Assembly (NCBI GenBank): GCA_002684855.1
Contig: NYWD01000037.1
Span: 1,671-65,670 of the forward strand
DNA: 64,000 nucleotides
Direction: 5' to 3'
From: Planctomycetaceae bacterium
Lineage (GTDB): Bacteria > Planctomycetota > Phycisphaerae > Phycisphaerales > SM1A02
Both the position numbers and the translations under genes were made by a program. Positions 45,354-57,153 of the stretch are shown one piece after another (the stretch's first letter is position 1; every line of letters begins with the position of its first letter). Under the pieces are notes generated by a model. The model was given only the letters and a program-made list of their open reading frames with translations. It did not search any database and was not told the origin of the DNA.

Positions 45354-46379
45354 ATGGAGACGCGACGCGAGCGGATCACCAATCTCGTGACGGTCACCCT
45401 CGTGACCGTCCTCATCTGGATCTGGGCGGCGGGCGAGACCCGCGAGGAGATCACCTCCTTCGCCGATCTTCGCTTTTCAGGCCAGACCAGGGACTCCCTG
45501 CGGATCGCTCCCGAGGAACTTCCCTCGGTGAGTTTCCAGATCCGGGGTCCGCGCCGCGAGGTCGACGCCGTGGCCTCCCGCTTCCGGGAGACCGTGGACA
45601 TCGCGGTGGGCACCCTCGGGGTTCCCGCCACCCCCGGTGAACACGAAGTGGATCTCGTCAAGTTGGGTCAGACCTTCGTGGACGCCGACGAACTTCCGGT
45701 CACGGTCCTCGCCGCGGACCCCCGGACGATCCGGATCACGATCGAGTCGCTGGAACGTCGGGCGGTCCCCGTCACCGTCGAACTCCCCGACGGCGTGCAG
45801 ACCACCAACGCCGTCGACGTGGTTCCGGCCGAGGTGGAACTCCTTCTTCCATCCGACCTCGCAAGCCTTCCGGGGCTGTCCGTGACCGCGCGGGTGGACG
45901 ATGCGGACGTCGCGAGTCTTCCGCCGGGCCGTCGGCACGAACTGGAGATCGCGCTCACCCTTCCCGACCGGCTCGCGGGCCAGTCCGAGGCAATCCGCGT
46001 GACGCCGCGAAAGGCCCGGGTGGGTCTCGATCTCGTCTCGACCGACGCGTCGATCCAGGTGCCGTCGATCCCCGTGCAGGTGTCGGGCCCGCCGGCCGAT
46101 CTCGACCAGCACGTGGTGACCATCGATCCCGCCTCGGTCTTCCTCCGCGACGTGACCCTGCGAGGACCGAGGGCCGCGATCGACGACATCTCGAACGGCC
46201 GCGTGAACGTGATCGCGTTCATCCACCTCACCAGCGACGACCTCGCGAACCGGATCCGCGAGACGCGGATCTCGATGTGGCGACTGCCCCGCGGGGTCGA
46301 GGTCTCGAGCATCGGCGAGAAGCCCGACACCAGTCCCCCGATCTCCATCACGATCGAGGATCGATCCGCCCAGCCCTGA
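45354..46379 (+). CDS. YbbR-domain protein (CdaR-like regulator of CdaA)
   Basis: The start lies 1 nt after the cdaA stop. One N-terminal TM helix is followed by repeated beta-rich YbbR-like units. The synteny is typical for cdaA-cdaR. Confidence 0.7.
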   Translation: METRRERITNLVTVTLVTVLIWIWAAGETREEITSFADLRFSGQTRDSLRIAPEELPSVSFQIRGPRREVDAVASRFRETVDIAVGTLGVPATPGEHEVDLVKLGQTFVDADELPVTVLAADPRTIRITIESLERRAVPVTVELPDGVQTTNAVDVVPAEVELLLPSDLASLPGLSVTARVDDADVASLPPGRRHELEIALTLPDRLAGQSEAIRVTPRKARVGLDLVSTDASIQVPSIPVQVSGPPADLDQHVVTIDPASVFLRDVTLRGPRAAIDDISNGRVNVIAFIHLTSDDLANRIRETRISMWRLPRGVEVSSIGEKPDTSPPISITIEDRSAQP

Positions 46380-46415
46380 ACCTTCGTCCACCCGACGTCA
46401 CCGCCTTCGGAGGCG

Positions 46416-47720
46416 TCAGTCGGTCCAGGTGATCGCGGCCCAGTTCTTCCGGCCTCGCCGCAGCAGCGTGCATTCCCCGTGGAGCAGGTCCTCGGCGACC
46501 AGCGGACGGTCCTCCGCGACGGGATCCCCGTTGATCCGGACCGCACCGCTCTTGATGAACTCGCGAACCTCGCGGTTGCTCGACGCGAGCCCGAGGGACT
46601 TCAACGCCTCACCGATGGTCGGCGGGGTTGCTTCGAGCAGGCCGCGACGCGACCTCGACTCCGACCGGAGGTCATCCGCGATCGCCTTCAGCGTCGAGGC
46701 GTCGAGGCCCCGCACCTCGCCGCTGAAGAGTGCCGCGGCCGCGGCCCGGGCCGACTCGACGGCGACGGCGCCGTGCATCATCGCGGTGACCTCGTCGGCC
46801 AGTCGTCGTTGGGCGGCTCGCTCCTGTGGACGATCGACGTTCGCGGCCGAGAGGGCCTCGATCTCCTCGCGTTCCAGGAAGGTGAACCACTTCAGGAAGT
46901 TCACCACGTCCTCGTCGGAGGAGTTGAGCCAGAACTGGTGGAATCGATACGGGCTCGTGCGGTCCGCCGAGAGCCAGATCGCCCCGGTCTCGGACTTCCC
47001 GAACTTGCCGCCGTCCGCCTTGGTCACCAGCGGTGCGGTGAGCCCGAAGGTCTCGACGCCGTCGCCGTCGTCCTTCCGTTCGAGGCGACGGGTGAGATCG
47101 ATGCCCGCGACGATGTTTCCGTACTGGTCGCTCCCCCCCATCTGGATGGTGACGCCACGGGTCCGGTGGAGATGGAGGAAGTCGTACGCCTGGAGGATCT
47201 GATAGCTGAACTCGGTGTAGCTGATCCCCTGCTCCCGCTCGTTCAGACGGGAACTCACCGACTCCTTCTGCATCATCACGTTCACCGAGAAGTGCTTGCC
47301 GACGTCACGCAGGAGTTCGATGAAACCGATCCGGGAGAGCCAGTCGAGGTTGTCGACGATCTCGGCGCGGTTGACGCACGACGGCGAGAAGTCGAGCACC
47401 CGTTCGAAGATGGATCGCTGCGCCTCGACGTTCGCCGCCACCTGCTCCGCGGTGAGCAGCGGTCGCTCCGCGCTCTTCCCCGACGGATCGCCGATCAGCC
47501 CGGTGCCACCGCCCATGACGACCACCGGATGGTGACCCGCCCGCTGGAAGTGGGCGAGCAGCATGATCGGAACCAGATTGCCGATCGTGAGGCTGTCCGC
47601 GGTGGGATCGAAACCCACGTATCCGCGACGCGGCTCCGCCCCGAGATGCTCGCCGAGCGATTCCGAGGTGCTCTGGTGCAGCAGTCCCCGCCAGTGGAGT
47701 TCTTCGAGAAGTTTGTGCAC
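46416..47720 (-). CDS. tyrS: tyrosine--tRNA ligase (type 1, with C-terminal S4 domain)
   Basis: Motifs GFDPTADSLTIGNLV (HIGH-type), KFGKSE (KMSKS-type) and the S4-like C-terminus. Start taken as the GTG at 47720 (MHKLLEELHWRGLL). The ORF remains open up to a GTG at 47813. Confidence 0.85.
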   Translation of the reverse strand: MHKLLEELHWRGLLHQSTSESLGEHLGAEPRRGYVGFDPTADSLTIGNLVPIMLLAHFQRAGHHPVVVMGGGTGLIGDPSGKSAERPLLTAEQVAANVEAQRSIFERVLDFSPSCVNRAEIVDNLDWLSRIGFIELLRDVGKHFSVNVMMQKESVSSRLNEREQGISYTEFSYQILQAYDFLHLHRTRGVTIQMGGSDQYGNIVAGIDLTRRLERKDDGDGVETFGLTAPLVTKADGGKFGKSETGAIWLSADRTSPYRFHQFWLNSSDEDVVNFLKWFTFLEREEIEALSAANVDRPQERAAQRRLADEVTAMMHGAVAVESARAAAAALFSGEVRGLDASTLKAIADDLRSESRSRRGLLEATPPTIGEALKSLGLASSNREVREFIKSGAVRINGDPVAEDRPLVAEDLLHGECTLLRRGRKNWAAITWTD

Positions 47721-47839
47721 GCGCGACTGCCGTTCTGGTGTGGTCCCGCCCCCACCGGCGTCGAAGACGCGGGCGCATCCGGACGGGACGGGGTCGTGAT
47801 CGCCCGGTCGCACCGGGACTCGAACCTCGCCGGGCGGGA

Positions 47840-48922
47840 TCAGCCCCTGGCGACCGCTTCCGCCTTCGCGGCGATGTCCGCGATCATCGCATGCCAGGCG
47901 GCGTCGAAGGAATCCCGGCCCTCGACCTGGAGCTGCTCGGCCAACGCCTCGAGATCGACGCCCGCCCCGGTGATCCCCGCGAGGACCGCCTCGCAGTCGC
48001 CGCCGTCGGTCGGCATCGCGCCGTCGACCGAACCGTGGTCCGCGAAGGCGAGAAGCGTCTTCTCCGGCATGGTGTTCACGGTCTCGGGGGCGGCGAGCGC
48101 GGTGACGTAGAGCGTGTCGGGCAGCGCCGGATCCTTCGTGCCGGTGCTCGCCATGAGAAGCCGCTGCGGCTTCGCGCCGTGCTCCTTCAACTCGGTCCAG
48201 CGATCACCGTTGATGAATTCGTGGAAGGACTTGTAGGTCCGTTCACCGATCGCGATCCCGGCCGCGTTGCGGAGGTCGCCCTGGAGCACATCGGCGGTGC
48301 CCTTGTCCCATCGCGAGATGAAGAGGCTCGCCACCGAACAGACGAACGGATCGAGTCCCGCCTCGACGCGACGCTCGACGCCGCGGGTGTAGGCCTCCGC
48401 CGCGGCGAGGTAGTGCTCGCGGGAGAAGAGCAGGGTCACGTTGATCGGGACGCCGGCGAAGATGAGTTCCTCGATCGCCGGGAGGCCCTCCCGGGTTCCG
48501 GGGACCTTGATGTACAGATTCTCCCGACCGGCCCTGGCGTGGAGCTCCTTCGCCTGGGCGATCGTGTTCTCGGTGTCGTTGGCGAGCAACGGCGAGACCT
48601 CGAGGCTGACCCAGCCGTCGACGCCGCCGGTCGCCTCGTGGATCGGCTTGAAGAGATCGGCGGCCCGCTGGAGATCGCGAATGGCGAGCTCGAAGAAGAG
48701 CGGCTCGGTGTCGAGTCCCTGCCCGAGCAGCTCGCGGATCTGGTCGTCGTAGCGGTCGGATCCACCGATCGCCTTCTGGAAGATCGAGGGATTGGACGTG
48801 AGCCCGGTCACCGACAGGTCGTCGATGTACCGCTGGAGCGTTCCGTCGTCGAGGATCTCGCGGGTGATGTTGTCGAGCCAGAGGCTCTGTCCGAGTTCGT
48901 GGAGATCGCGGGTCGCGGGCAT
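47840..48922 (-). CDS. tal: transaldolase
   Basis: [23 protein letters not shown] and the active-site region NLYIKVPGT. Confidence 0.9.
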   Translation of the reverse strand: MPATRDLHELGQSLWLDNITREILDDGTLQRYIDDLSVTGLTSNPSIFQKAIGGSDRYDDQIRELLGQGLDTEPLFFELAIRDLQRAADLFKPIHEATGGVDGWVSLEVSPLLANDTENTIAQAKELHARAGRENLYIKVPGTREGLPAIEELIFAGVPINVTLLFSREHYLAAAEAYTRGVERRVEAGLDPFVCSVASLFISRWDKGTADVLQGDLRNAAGIAIGERTYKSFHEFINGDRWTELKEHGAKPQRLLMASTGTKDPALPDTLYVTALAAPETVNTMPEKTLLAFADHGSVDGAMPTDGGDCEAVLAGITGAGVDLEALAEQLQVEGRDSFDAAWHAMIADIAAKAEAVARG

Positions 48923-49068
48923 CGGAAATTCCTCTGGTTCGTGCGTCCGGGCCTTCCACCCGGGGACGATCCCGAGCGGGTTCTGGTAGGTTCGCCCCGC
49001 AGGGTATCACGGGAACAACCGGCCCACCGCCGTCCCCCCAGAACGACCAAGACCGGAGCGAGCCGACC

Positions 49069-50733
49069 ATGACCGCGAAGAGCGTCAAGAGCATCATCGA
49101 TCGTCCGCGAATCGACCGGCTTCCGGAGTGGAAGGCGCTGGCGAAGCACCGGAAGCGGATGGGGAGGACCTCGCTCACCGAACTCTTCGCCGCCGATCGT
49201 CGCCGCGGAACCCGTTGCTCGACGGAGGCCCTCGGCATCCACTTCGACTGGTCCAAGCATCTCGTCGACGCCGAGACCATGAAGCTCCTGTTCGCGCTCG
49301 CCCGGGCCGCGGGGGTCGAGAAGCACCGCGATGCGATGTTCAAGGGCGGGAAGATCAACATCACCGAGGATCGGGCGGTCCTGCACACGGCGCTTCGGGC
49401 GCCGGCCGACGCGGTCATCGAGGTCGACGGCGAGAACGTGGTGCCCGCCGTCCACGAGGTCCTGCGACGCATGGGCGCCTTCGCCGACAAGATCCGCCGC
49501 GGACGCTGGCTCGGTCACTCGGGTCGTCCCATCCGGAACGTCGTGAACATCGGCATCGGCGGCTCCGATCTCGGACCCGCGATGGCCTACGATGCGCTTC
49601 GGAAGTACTCGGACCGCGGACTCACCGTCCGTTTCGTCTCGAACGTCGACGCCAACGACTTCCACGAGAAGACCCTCGACCTCGATCCCGAGGAGACGCT
49701 CTTCATCGTCTGCAGCAAGACCTTCACGACGCTCGAGACGATGACCAACGCCCGCACCGCGCGGAAGTGGGTCCTCAAGGCGTTCGACGGCGAGCAGGCG
49801 GCGAGCGCGAAGCACTTCGTCGCGGTGTCGACCAACGCCGAGGAGGTCGCGAAGTTCGGCATCGACACCCGGAACATGTTCGGGTTCTGGGACTGGGTCG
49901 GCGGTCGCTATTCGATGGACTCCGCGGTCGGCCTAAGCACCATGGTCGCGATCGGCCCGAAGCGATTCCGCGAACTGCTCGACGGCTTCCACGACATGGA
50001 CGAGCACTTCCGGAGGACGCCCATGACGCGGAACCTCCCGATGATCCAGGCCCTGATCGGACTGTGGTACGCGGACTTCTGGGATGCGGGCACGGTGGCG
50101 ATCCTGCCGTACGACCAGTACCTGGACCGCTTCAGCGCCTACCTCCAGCAGCTGGAGATGGAGTCGAACGGCAAGCACACGCAGCTCGATGGCAAGCGGG
50201 TCGCCTGGGGCACCTGCCCGGCGATCTGGGGCCAGCCCGGGACCAACGGCCAGCACGCCTTCTACCAGATGATCCACCAGGGGACCCGCATGGTGCCCGC
50301 GGACTTCATCGTGTTCGCGGACCCCGTGAACAGGATCGGCGACCACCACGACAAGCTGGTCGCGAACGTCTTCGCCCAGACCGAGGCCCTCGCGTTCGGC
50401 AAGTCGGTCGACGAGATCGAGGCCGAGGGGATTCCGGCCTGGCTCGCCCCGCACAAGGAGATGGAGGGCAACCGCCCGACCAGCACCTTCCTCTGCGAGA
50501 AGCTCACGCCGCGGATGCTGGGGCGACTCATCGCCCTCTACGAGCACAAGGTCTTCGTGCAGGGATCGATCTGGCGGATCAACTCGTTCGACCAGTGGGG
50601 CGTCGAACTCGGCAAGAAGCTCGCGCAGGCGATGATCCCCGAACTCAAGTCGAAGGACCGGCCCAGGCTCGCCCACGACTCGTCGACGAATTCACTGATC
50701 CGGAAGTACCGGAAGCTCCGCGGCCGGCAGTGA
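49069..50733 (+). CDS. pgi: glucose-6-phosphate isomerase
   Basis: Motifs [38 protein letters not shown] and [10 protein letters not shown]. Confidence 0.95.
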   Translation: MTAKSVKSIIDRPRIDRLPEWKALAKHRKRMGRTSLTELFAADRRRGTRCSTEALGIHFDWSKHLVDAETMKLLFALARAAGVEKHRDAMFKGGKINITEDRAVLHTALRAPADAVIEVDGENVVPAVHEVLRRMGAFADKIRRGRWLGHSGRPIRNVVNIGIGGSDLGPAMAYDALRKYSDRGLTVRFVSNVDANDFHEKTLDLDPEETLFIVCSKTFTTLETMTNARTARKWVLKAFDGEQAASAKHFVAVSTNAEEVAKFGIDTRNMFGFWDWVGGRYSMDSAVGLSTMVAIGPKRFRELLDGFHDMDEHFRRTPMTRNLPMIQALIGLWYADFWDAGTVAILPYDQYLDRFSAYLQQLEMESNGKHTQLDGKRVAWGTCPAIWGQPGTNGQHAFYQMIHQGTRMVPADFIVFADPVNRIGDHHDKLVANVFAQTEALAFGKSVDEIEAEGIPAWLAPHKEMEGNRPTSTFLCEKLTPRMLGRLIALYEHKVFVQGSIWRINSFDQWGVELGKKLAQAMIPELKSKDRPRLAHDSSTNSLIRKYRKLRGRQ

Positions 50734-50770
50734 TCGGACCCCACCGACTTCCCGGGAGTCGAAGGGTCGA

Positions 50771-51940
50771 TCAGGAGGGGCGGGCGTCCCCGGCGAGCCG
50801 TCCGAGCACCTCGGCGATCGCCGACACGCCCGTTGAAATCTCCCCGTCCGTGGTCTCCCGCGAGAACGAGAAGCGGACCGATCCGTGGGCGATCACCTCG
50901 GGAACGCCCATCGCGAGCAGGATGGGTGATGGTTCGAGGGAACCGCTCGCGCAGGCGGCGCCGGCACTCGCGGCGATGCCGCGTTCACTCAGCGACATCA
51001 GGATCGCCTCCGCCGCCAGCCGGGGGAATCCGAGGTTCGACGTGGTCCAGAGTCGCGGGGCCCGGCCGCCGTTGACCACGACCTCCGGCCACGCGTCCCG
51101 GACCGCGGCTTCGAACGCGTCGCGACGCCCTTCGAGGTCCCGCCACGGCGAGGGGTCCGACGCCATCCACGCCGTGGCCGCATCCGCGGCCACGCCCATC
51201 CCGGCGATCGCCGCGACGTTCTCGGTGCCGCCCCGTCGGTCACGCTCCTGCGATCCACCGGTGATCCCGGGCTCGAGCCGCGTCCCTCGGGAGACGAACA
51301 TCCCGCCCGCGCCCTTCGGTCCGTGGAACTTGTGCGCGGCGAAGGACATCAGATCGACGTCGAGCGATGCGCAGTCGACGGGCATCCGTCCCACCGCCTG
51401 GACGGCATCGGTGTGGAACCGGACGCCGTGTTCGCGACAGAGACGACCGATCTCCGGAACCGGCTGGATCACGCCGGTCTCGTTGTTGACCCACATCACG
51501 CTCAGCACCGCGATGGAATCACCATGGGCGACGAGCAGTGACTCGAGCGCGTCGAGATCGATCCTTCCATCCCCGGCGTGCTCGAGCCAGTGCACCCTGG
51601 TCCCCGACCGCTCCAGCGATTCCGCGGTCTCCCGCACGGCCGAATGCTCCTGGCGACTCGTCGCGATGCCGTCACGGCCCGGCCGGACGCCGAGTGAACC
51701 TCGAATCGCGAGATTCGCCGCCTCGGTGCCGCCCGAGCACAGCAGCAGGTCGCGTGGCCGGCAACCGATCAACCGTGCGACCGACTCCCTGGCCAGTTCG
51801 ATCCGGCGACGCGCCGCGATCCCCTCGCGATGGGTGCTGGACGGATTGGCCCACTCCCCGCGAAGACAGTCGAGCATGGCGTCCACCACCGCTGGAAGCG
51901 GAGGCGTCGTCGCGTTGTGGTCGAGGTAGGTATCGGACAT
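50771..51940 (-). CDS. cysteine desulfurase (NifS/IscS family)
   Basis: ATG at 51940 (MSDTYLDHNATTP). PLP lysine region SFAAHKFHGPKG and catalytic Cys region SAGAACAS. Confidence 0.88.
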   Translation of the reverse strand: MSDTYLDHNATTPPLPAVVDAMLDCLRGEWANPSSTHREGIAARRRIELARESVARLIGCRPRDLLLCSGGTEAANLAIRGSLGVRPGRDGIATSRQEHSAVRETAESLERSGTRVHWLEHAGDGRIDLDALESLLVAHGDSIAVLSVMWVNNETGVIQPVPEIGRLCREHGVRFHTDAVQAVGRMPVDCASLDVDLMSFAAHKFHGPKGAGGMFVSRGTRLEPGITGGSQERDRRGGTENVAAIAGMGVAADAATAWMASDPSPWRDLEGRRDAFEAAVRDAWPEVVVNGGRAPRLWTTSNLGFPRLAAEAILMSLSERGIAASAGAACASGSLEPSPILLAMGVPEVIAHGSVRFSFSRETTDGEISTGVSAIAEVLGRLAGDARPS

Positions 51941-52275
51941 CTTGCGCTCAGGTTCCCATGACCGGATCTCCCGACCCGGCCGTCCACCGCGCGAGGGACG
52001 GTCCGCCCGACGCGGCGGTCCCGCCACCGTTCCGGCGACCGAAGGCCCGCGCGGTCACCGTCCATCGCCCATCGCCGGCGAAAGGCCGGCATCCCGAACC
52101 TCCCGGTCCGGACCCCGAGTTCGGCCCGCCGGCCGACCGCGGTCACCGGCCCGGCTCGACGTTCGACGCTCCGGGCGGCGATGGCGGAATCGCGGACGCC
52201 CGCGACGAGATCCGTCCCAGTCTAGACTCCGCAGGACCACCCCGTCCTTTCCGGAACGACCCTCGGAGCGTTCGC

Positions 52276-54099
52276 ATGCGACCGGTTTCCCGAATCATCC
52301 CCGCGGCGCTCGTGTCCGTGCTCTCGTCGATCCTCGTGACGATGGCCGTCGGTTGCGTGGACTCGACGAGGGTGGTCGTCGATCCCGAGACCACGTGGCA
52401 GGCCGATGGGTCGTCGACGCTGGAATCCGCGCCGCCGGTGACGAACCCGCGATTCGCCAACGGCGCCGTGGCGGCGGACTCGGCGATGGCCAGCGAGGCG
52501 GGGGTCGAGATCATGAAGGCGGGCGGCAACGCCGTCGACGCCGCGATCGCCACCGCGCTCACGCTTTCCGTCACGCGGCCCTATTCCTGCGGTCTCGGCG
52601 GCGGTGGCTTCATGATCGTCTTCGATCCCGCCTCCGGGGAATCGATCGCACTCGACTTCCGCGAGACCTCCCCGGCGGGCGTGGGTCCGGACTACTACGT
52701 CTCGCTTCCGCCCACCGCCAGTGGATACGACCCGAGCCGCTTCGGCGGCCGCGCCGTCGCGGTCCCCGGCCAACTGCCCGGAATGGTCGCCGCACACGAT
52801 CGTTTCGGCTCGCTGCCCCTGCCTCGCCTCGTGGAGCCCGCGGTCCGCGCCGCCCGGGAGGGATTCCGCGTGGACGCGAATCACCTCGCGGCGGTGGACG
52901 CGGTGCGTCGGACCCGCGAACGCCACCCCGACCTCAGGCCGACGAGTCGATGGGTCTGGAATCGCCTCTGCGGCGGCGGCGAGCTCGAGGTCGGTGACCT
53001 CGTGCGCCAGCCGGAGCTCGCGGTCTTCCTCGAACGCTTCGGCCGCGAGGGCCTGGCCGCGTGGAGCGGACCCGACGGCGCCGCAGATCTCGTCGCCGGC
53101 GTCGACCGCGCCTACGACGGCGTGCTGCAACCCGCGGACCTGCGCGACTACCGGGTCGCGTGGCGACCTCCGCTGATCGTCCGCGATGCCTTCGACGGGC
53201 ACGACGCCATCCTGATGCCGCCGCCCAGCTCCGGCGGGATCGCGATCGCCCAGGTCCTCTCGATGATGCGGCACCGCCTGCCCTCCGCCGGCGATCCCCT
53301 TCCGGGCTCCGCCGCGTATTCCCAACTCCTCACGGAGTCGATGCGCCACGCGTTCGCGGATCGCGCCCGGCATCTCGCCGATGCGGATTTCGTCGAGGTT
53401 CCGGTGGATGCGCTGCTCGATCCGGCCGCCATCGAGATCGCGGCGGACCGGATCGACTTCGACGCGGCCATGTCGATCGATTCCTGCGGCGTGATCGACT
53501 CCAGGGGCACCGCGGACCTGCTGCGTGACGCCGGCACCAGTCATTTCAGCGTGATCGACGCCGAGGGAATGACCGTCGCGTGCACGCAGACCATCAACGG
53601 GAGCTTCGGTTCCCTCCTGGCCGTCCCCCGCCTCGGGATCGTCCTGAACAACGAGATGAACGACTTCACCACGATCCCGGGAGCGGCGAACCTCTTCGGG
53701 CTCCGCCAGTCCGATCGGAATCTCCCGGAACCGGGAAAGCGACCGCTCTCGAGCATGTCACCGACCATTCTCGTCAAGGACGGCCGCACCACCATGACCG
53801 CGGGGGCGAGCGGTGGCCCGAGGATCATCACCGGCACGCTCCAGGTCCTCCTCGAGGTGCTGCACGGGAATCGTTCCGCGGTCGGCGCCGTCGATGCACC
53901 GCGTCTCCACCACCAGTGGAATCCCGATGCGCTCCGACTGGAGGCGGGACTGCTCGAACTTCGACCGGAACTCGAAGCCAAGGGCCACGCGATCGAGGAG
54001 ATCGGTGCGGTGGGGGTCGTCCAGGCGATCGTGGTGCACGAGAACGGACTCGAACCGGCCAGCGATCCACGCAAGGGTGGTCGCCCCGCGGGATGGTGA
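52276..54099 (+). CDS. ggt: gamma-glutamyltransferase
   Basis: ATG at 52276 with a lipoprotein-like signal (LVTMAVGC). GGGGFM and the autoprocessing site DAGTSHFSVID are present. PGKRPLSSMSP and GASGGPRI also match. Confidence 0.9.
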   Translation: MRPVSRIIPAALVSVLSSILVTMAVGCVDSTRVVVDPETTWQADGSSTLESAPPVTNPRFANGAVAADSAMASEAGVEIMKAGGNAVDAAIATALTLSVTRPYSCGLGGGGFMIVFDPASGESIALDFRETSPAGVGPDYYVSLPPTASGYDPSRFGGRAVAVPGQLPGMVAAHDRFGSLPLPRLVEPAVRAAREGFRVDANHLAAVDAVRRTRERHPDLRPTSRWVWNRLCGGGELEVGDLVRQPELAVFLERFGREGLAAWSGPDGAADLVAGVDRAYDGVLQPADLRDYRVAWRPPLIVRDAFDGHDAILMPPPSSGGIAIAQVLSMMRHRLPSAGDPLPGSAAYSQLLTESMRHAFADRARHLADADFVEVPVDALLDPAAIEIAADRIDFDAAMSIDSCGVIDSRGTADLLRDAGTSHFSVIDAEGMTVACTQTINGSFGSLLAVPRLGIVLNNEMNDFTTIPGAANLFGLRQSDRNLPEPGKRPLSSMSPTILVKDGRTTMTAGASGGPRIITGTLQVLLEVLHGNRSAVGAVDAPRLHHQWNPDALRLEAGLLELRPELEAKGHAIEEIGAVGVVQAIVVHENGLEPASDPRKGGRPAGW

Positions 54100-54208
54100 C
54101 CGCTTGGTAGGCTTCGGCGGGGTCGTCGGTCGCGAACCACCGACGACCGCGCCCGCTGACATCGACGGTGACGTGATCGAGTCCATTGAACCCGCCGGAG
54201 CCCCCCGG

Positions 54209-56392
54209 ATGCTCGACCCGACTTCCCGATCAATCCGATCCGCGATCATCCCGAGGGTCGGACCGGCCGCCGCGCTGCTGGTCCTGTTCGCTTCGTTCGT
54301 GGTGCGGACGGCGACCGCGCAGGACGAGAACGCGTACGAGGCCTGGTCGAGGATCTTCGACGTGATCAGGCCGAACTGGAGCGATCCGGAGGCGGCCCGG
54401 TCTCCCGCCTTCTTCACCGAGGACGAGTACGACGCGATCTTCGAATGGCAGGATGGACCATCGGAGGCGCCGCGCGGTGCGGCCCTCCGGTACTTCGAGA
54501 AGGCGGAGTCGATCGCGCCGCTCATTCGAGATCTGCGGGGCACCCCGCGATTCGACGCGGGCATCGATCTCAACGATGGATTCATGGTCATGCTCCCGCA
54601 TCTCGCGCCGATGCGGGAGATCGCCCGAGTCTGCTCGCACCTCGCTCGACGGGCCACGATCGCGGGCGACGCGGACGCCGCGGTCGAGTGGCTCGGCACG
54701 TCGAACGAGATCGCGGCCCATTCCGGACAGGATGGCACCGCCATCGGATCGCTCGTCGGCGCGGCGATGTACCAGCGATCCGACCAGACGATGGAACTGG
54801 CGATCGCGAACGGCATCATCGACGTCGAGACGGCCGCGAACCTGCTGGACAGCCTCGCTTCGCTGCGCGCACAGGAGGATCCCTTCCACTTCGGCGCGTG
54901 CGTCGACGGGGAACGGCTCATCTTCATGCAGTCCATCGACGCCATCCTCGGCAAGAACGGGGAGCCTCCGGTCGAGGCTGATCTGGAGCTCTACCGAGAC
55001 GCGTTCGGGGACCGGTTCATCGAGTCGTTCACGCGACTCCCGGATGCGGGCGAAGGGCTTCGAGACCGGATGGACGGCGTGTTCGACCGGATCCAGCTCG
55101 CGTTCGACGACCCGGATCGGGATCGCGGAATCGACACCCTCGCCGCGCTCGAGCGGGAACTCGAGGCGTCGGACCTTCCCGAGGCCCTCAGAATGCTGAT
55201 GCCATCGATGACCCAGATCGCCCGAGCGCGGCTGCGCGTCGAACGAGCCCTCGACGATCGGATCCGCGGTCTCGACGCGGTCGCGTCGGGCCGGATCTCG
55301 CCGGACCAGATTCGAAACGCCGCCATTCTCTGGGCCCAGATCGGACGCGGCATGCTCACGCTCCCGGACGATGTCCAGCAGGCGGGCCTCGCGCTGCTCG
55401 AAGGACGATCACCCCGAGACCGCGAAGAGTCCGACCCGAGCGACCCGGACTCGCCGGCGACGGACTGGAGGGACGCCTTCGGCCCGATGGCCGCCGATCA
55501 ACTGACGCTCGGGCTCGACGCCGCGGCGATCCTGGAGGCCGACTTCGACGGACGACGCGGCCCGCAGGCCGAGACGTCCGAAAGTCTGGGGGCGGTTCGT
55601 GCCGCGGCGCGGGGGTATCTCGCCGATGCCGCCGATCGACTGCGACGAGCCGCCTCGATGCGGGCCGAGGGCGATGGCGACTCGACGCCCGAGAACGAAC
55701 GCTTTCTCGCCGCGAACGAGATCGCGGTCGTCATTTCGCTCGCCGCCCATCTGATCCGGGATCCCGGAATCGCACGAGTCCGAGTCGCCGCCGCCGTCCT
55801 CGAGGACATCGCCGACCTGCTGGCCGGCGGCGATGCACAGGCGATGCGAATCGATCCGGTCCTCCGCATGCTGATCGCGGACGCGGCCGCGAAACTTCCG
55901 CGGCTCGAAGGATTGGACGCATCCGCCGCCGCGCGCCAGGATGCGGCTCGGTTCGCCGCGACGCGACTTCGGGACCTGCGTGGAGAGGCGGCGGAGGCGG
56001 CGACGAGGTCGCTCGCGGAAATTCCGCCGGGGCGGCTGTATTCGATCTTCGCCATCGCGGACAACCGCGTGGTCGTCACGTCGGAGACGGCTGCGACCCC
56101 GGAGGCGCCCTCGACCGATCCGTTCGCGGACCTCGACGATCTCCTTCCCTACCGCACCCTCGCGACCCCGGGGTCCGCGACCGAGGCCTCCCCACGCGAC
56201 GCTCGCACCGAATTCCAACGCCGCCTGGCGGACGCCGGGGACCGACCGGCGGAGGCGGGCCGCCTGCTCGGCGGCCTCGAACTCGGTCCGACCCTCCCCA
56301 TCCGGAGGGCCGCGGACGCCGCGATGATTCGGATCATCGAGATCGACGACTTCAGCGAGGCACCGAGGGCGGATCAGGTGTCACGGGACTGA
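54209..56392 (+). CDS. secreted all-helical protein (hypothetical, 727 aa)
   Basis: ATG at 54209. Signal peptide PAAALLVLFASFVVRTATAQ. High G/C at third codon positions. I recognise no family. Confidence 0.6.
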   Translation: MLDPTSRSIRSAIIPRVGPAAALLVLFASFVVRTATAQDENAYEAWSRIFDVIRPNWSDPEAARSPAFFTEDEYDAIFEWQDGPSEAPRGAALRYFEKAESIAPLIRDLRGTPRFDAGIDLNDGFMVMLPHLAPMREIARVCSHLARRATIAGDADAAVEWLGTSNEIAAHSGQDGTAIGSLVGAAMYQRSDQTMELAIANGIIDVETAANLLDSLASLRAQEDPFHFGACVDGERLIFMQSIDAILGKNGEPPVEADLELYRDAFGDRFIESFTRLPDAGEGLRDRMDGVFDRIQLAFDDPDRDRGIDTLAALERELEASDLPEALRMLMPSMTQIARARLRVERALDDRIRGLDAVASGRISPDQIRNAAILWAQIGRGMLTLPDDVQQAGLALLEGRSPRDREESDPSDPDSPATDWRDAFGPMAADQLTLGLDAAAILEADFDGRRGPQAETSESLGAVRAAARGYLADAADRLRRAASMRAEGDGDSTPENERFLAANEIAVVISLAAHLIRDPGIARVRVAAAVLEDIADLLAGGDAQAMRIDPVLRMLIADAAAKLPRLEGLDASAAARQDAARFAATRLRDLRGEAAEAATRSLAEIPPGRLYSIFAIADNRVVVTSETAATPEAPSTDPFADLDDLLPYRTLATPGSATEASPRDARTEFQRRLADAGDRPAEAGRLLGGLELGPTLPIRRAADAAMIRIIEIDDFSEAPRADQVSRD

Positions 56393-56607
56393 CCTCGGCA
56401 CCCCCGCGACCGAGCGAACCCGCACCGGTCACGTCACGTTCCCACCCCCCGATGCCCTTCGCCGCTCGCCACGAGGTCCGAGAACCGTCGTTCGAGATCG
56501 GTGCCGATGTTCGGTCGAACCGGATGCCGAATCGAGCCGTTGACCAGAGTGGTGGCCGCAGTCGCGGCCACGAACCCACGACCAGGGACACGCGGAAAGG
56601 ACGGCAC

Positions 56608-57057
56608 ATGACGCCTCGAGAATCGACCGACCAGGGGCCTCACCAACTCCCCGGAAACCGGGCGCCGGCCGAAGTCGACGCCACTTCCCGATCCGAGGTC
56701 GATCGGACGGGGCAGGTCGCTTCCGGGCACCCGCACGCGATGGTCTCGATCCGCTGGAAGGACGCCGAGAGCCAGGGCGGCCCGGGCTGGGAGGATTGCG
56801 AGGAGATGCTCGAATTCGCGCGACGCCCCCTGACCACGGTCCACACCATCGGCCTGCTGGTTCATGCCGACGAGGAGCAGATCGCGGTCACTGACACGAT
56901 GACCACCGACCAGATGGGCGGTATCACCAAGATTCCGCGAGGCTGGATCGAGAAGATCGAATACCTCCACGCCGCGGGCGCGTTCGACGATCGCGACGTG
57001 AACACCCCCCTCGCCGAGGATTCGATCGACCGCAGGGATGCACGAAGCGCCGGCTGA
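56608..57057 (+). CDS. small hypothetical protein
   Basis: Coding-like codon bias is strongest from the ATG at 56740 (MVSIRWKDAESQGGPGWEDCEEMLEF). The ATG at 56608 is preceded by GGAAAGGA. The antisense 224-aa ORF looks spurious. Confidence 0.5.
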   Translation: MTPRESTDQGPHQLPGNRAPAEVDATSRSEVDRTGQVASGHPHAMVSIRWKDAESQGGPGWEDCEEMLEFARRPLTTVHTIGLLVHADEEQIAVTDTMTTDQMGGITKIPRGWIEKIEYLHAAGAFDDRDVNTPLAEDSIDRRDARSAG

Positions 57058-57153
57058 GCAGGTCTGATCACCCTCGCCGACGACGCGGACATTCGAAGTC
57101 CGGATCACTCAAGCAGGACGCCCCGTCCGGTGATGGACGAGGCGTCTGTCGAA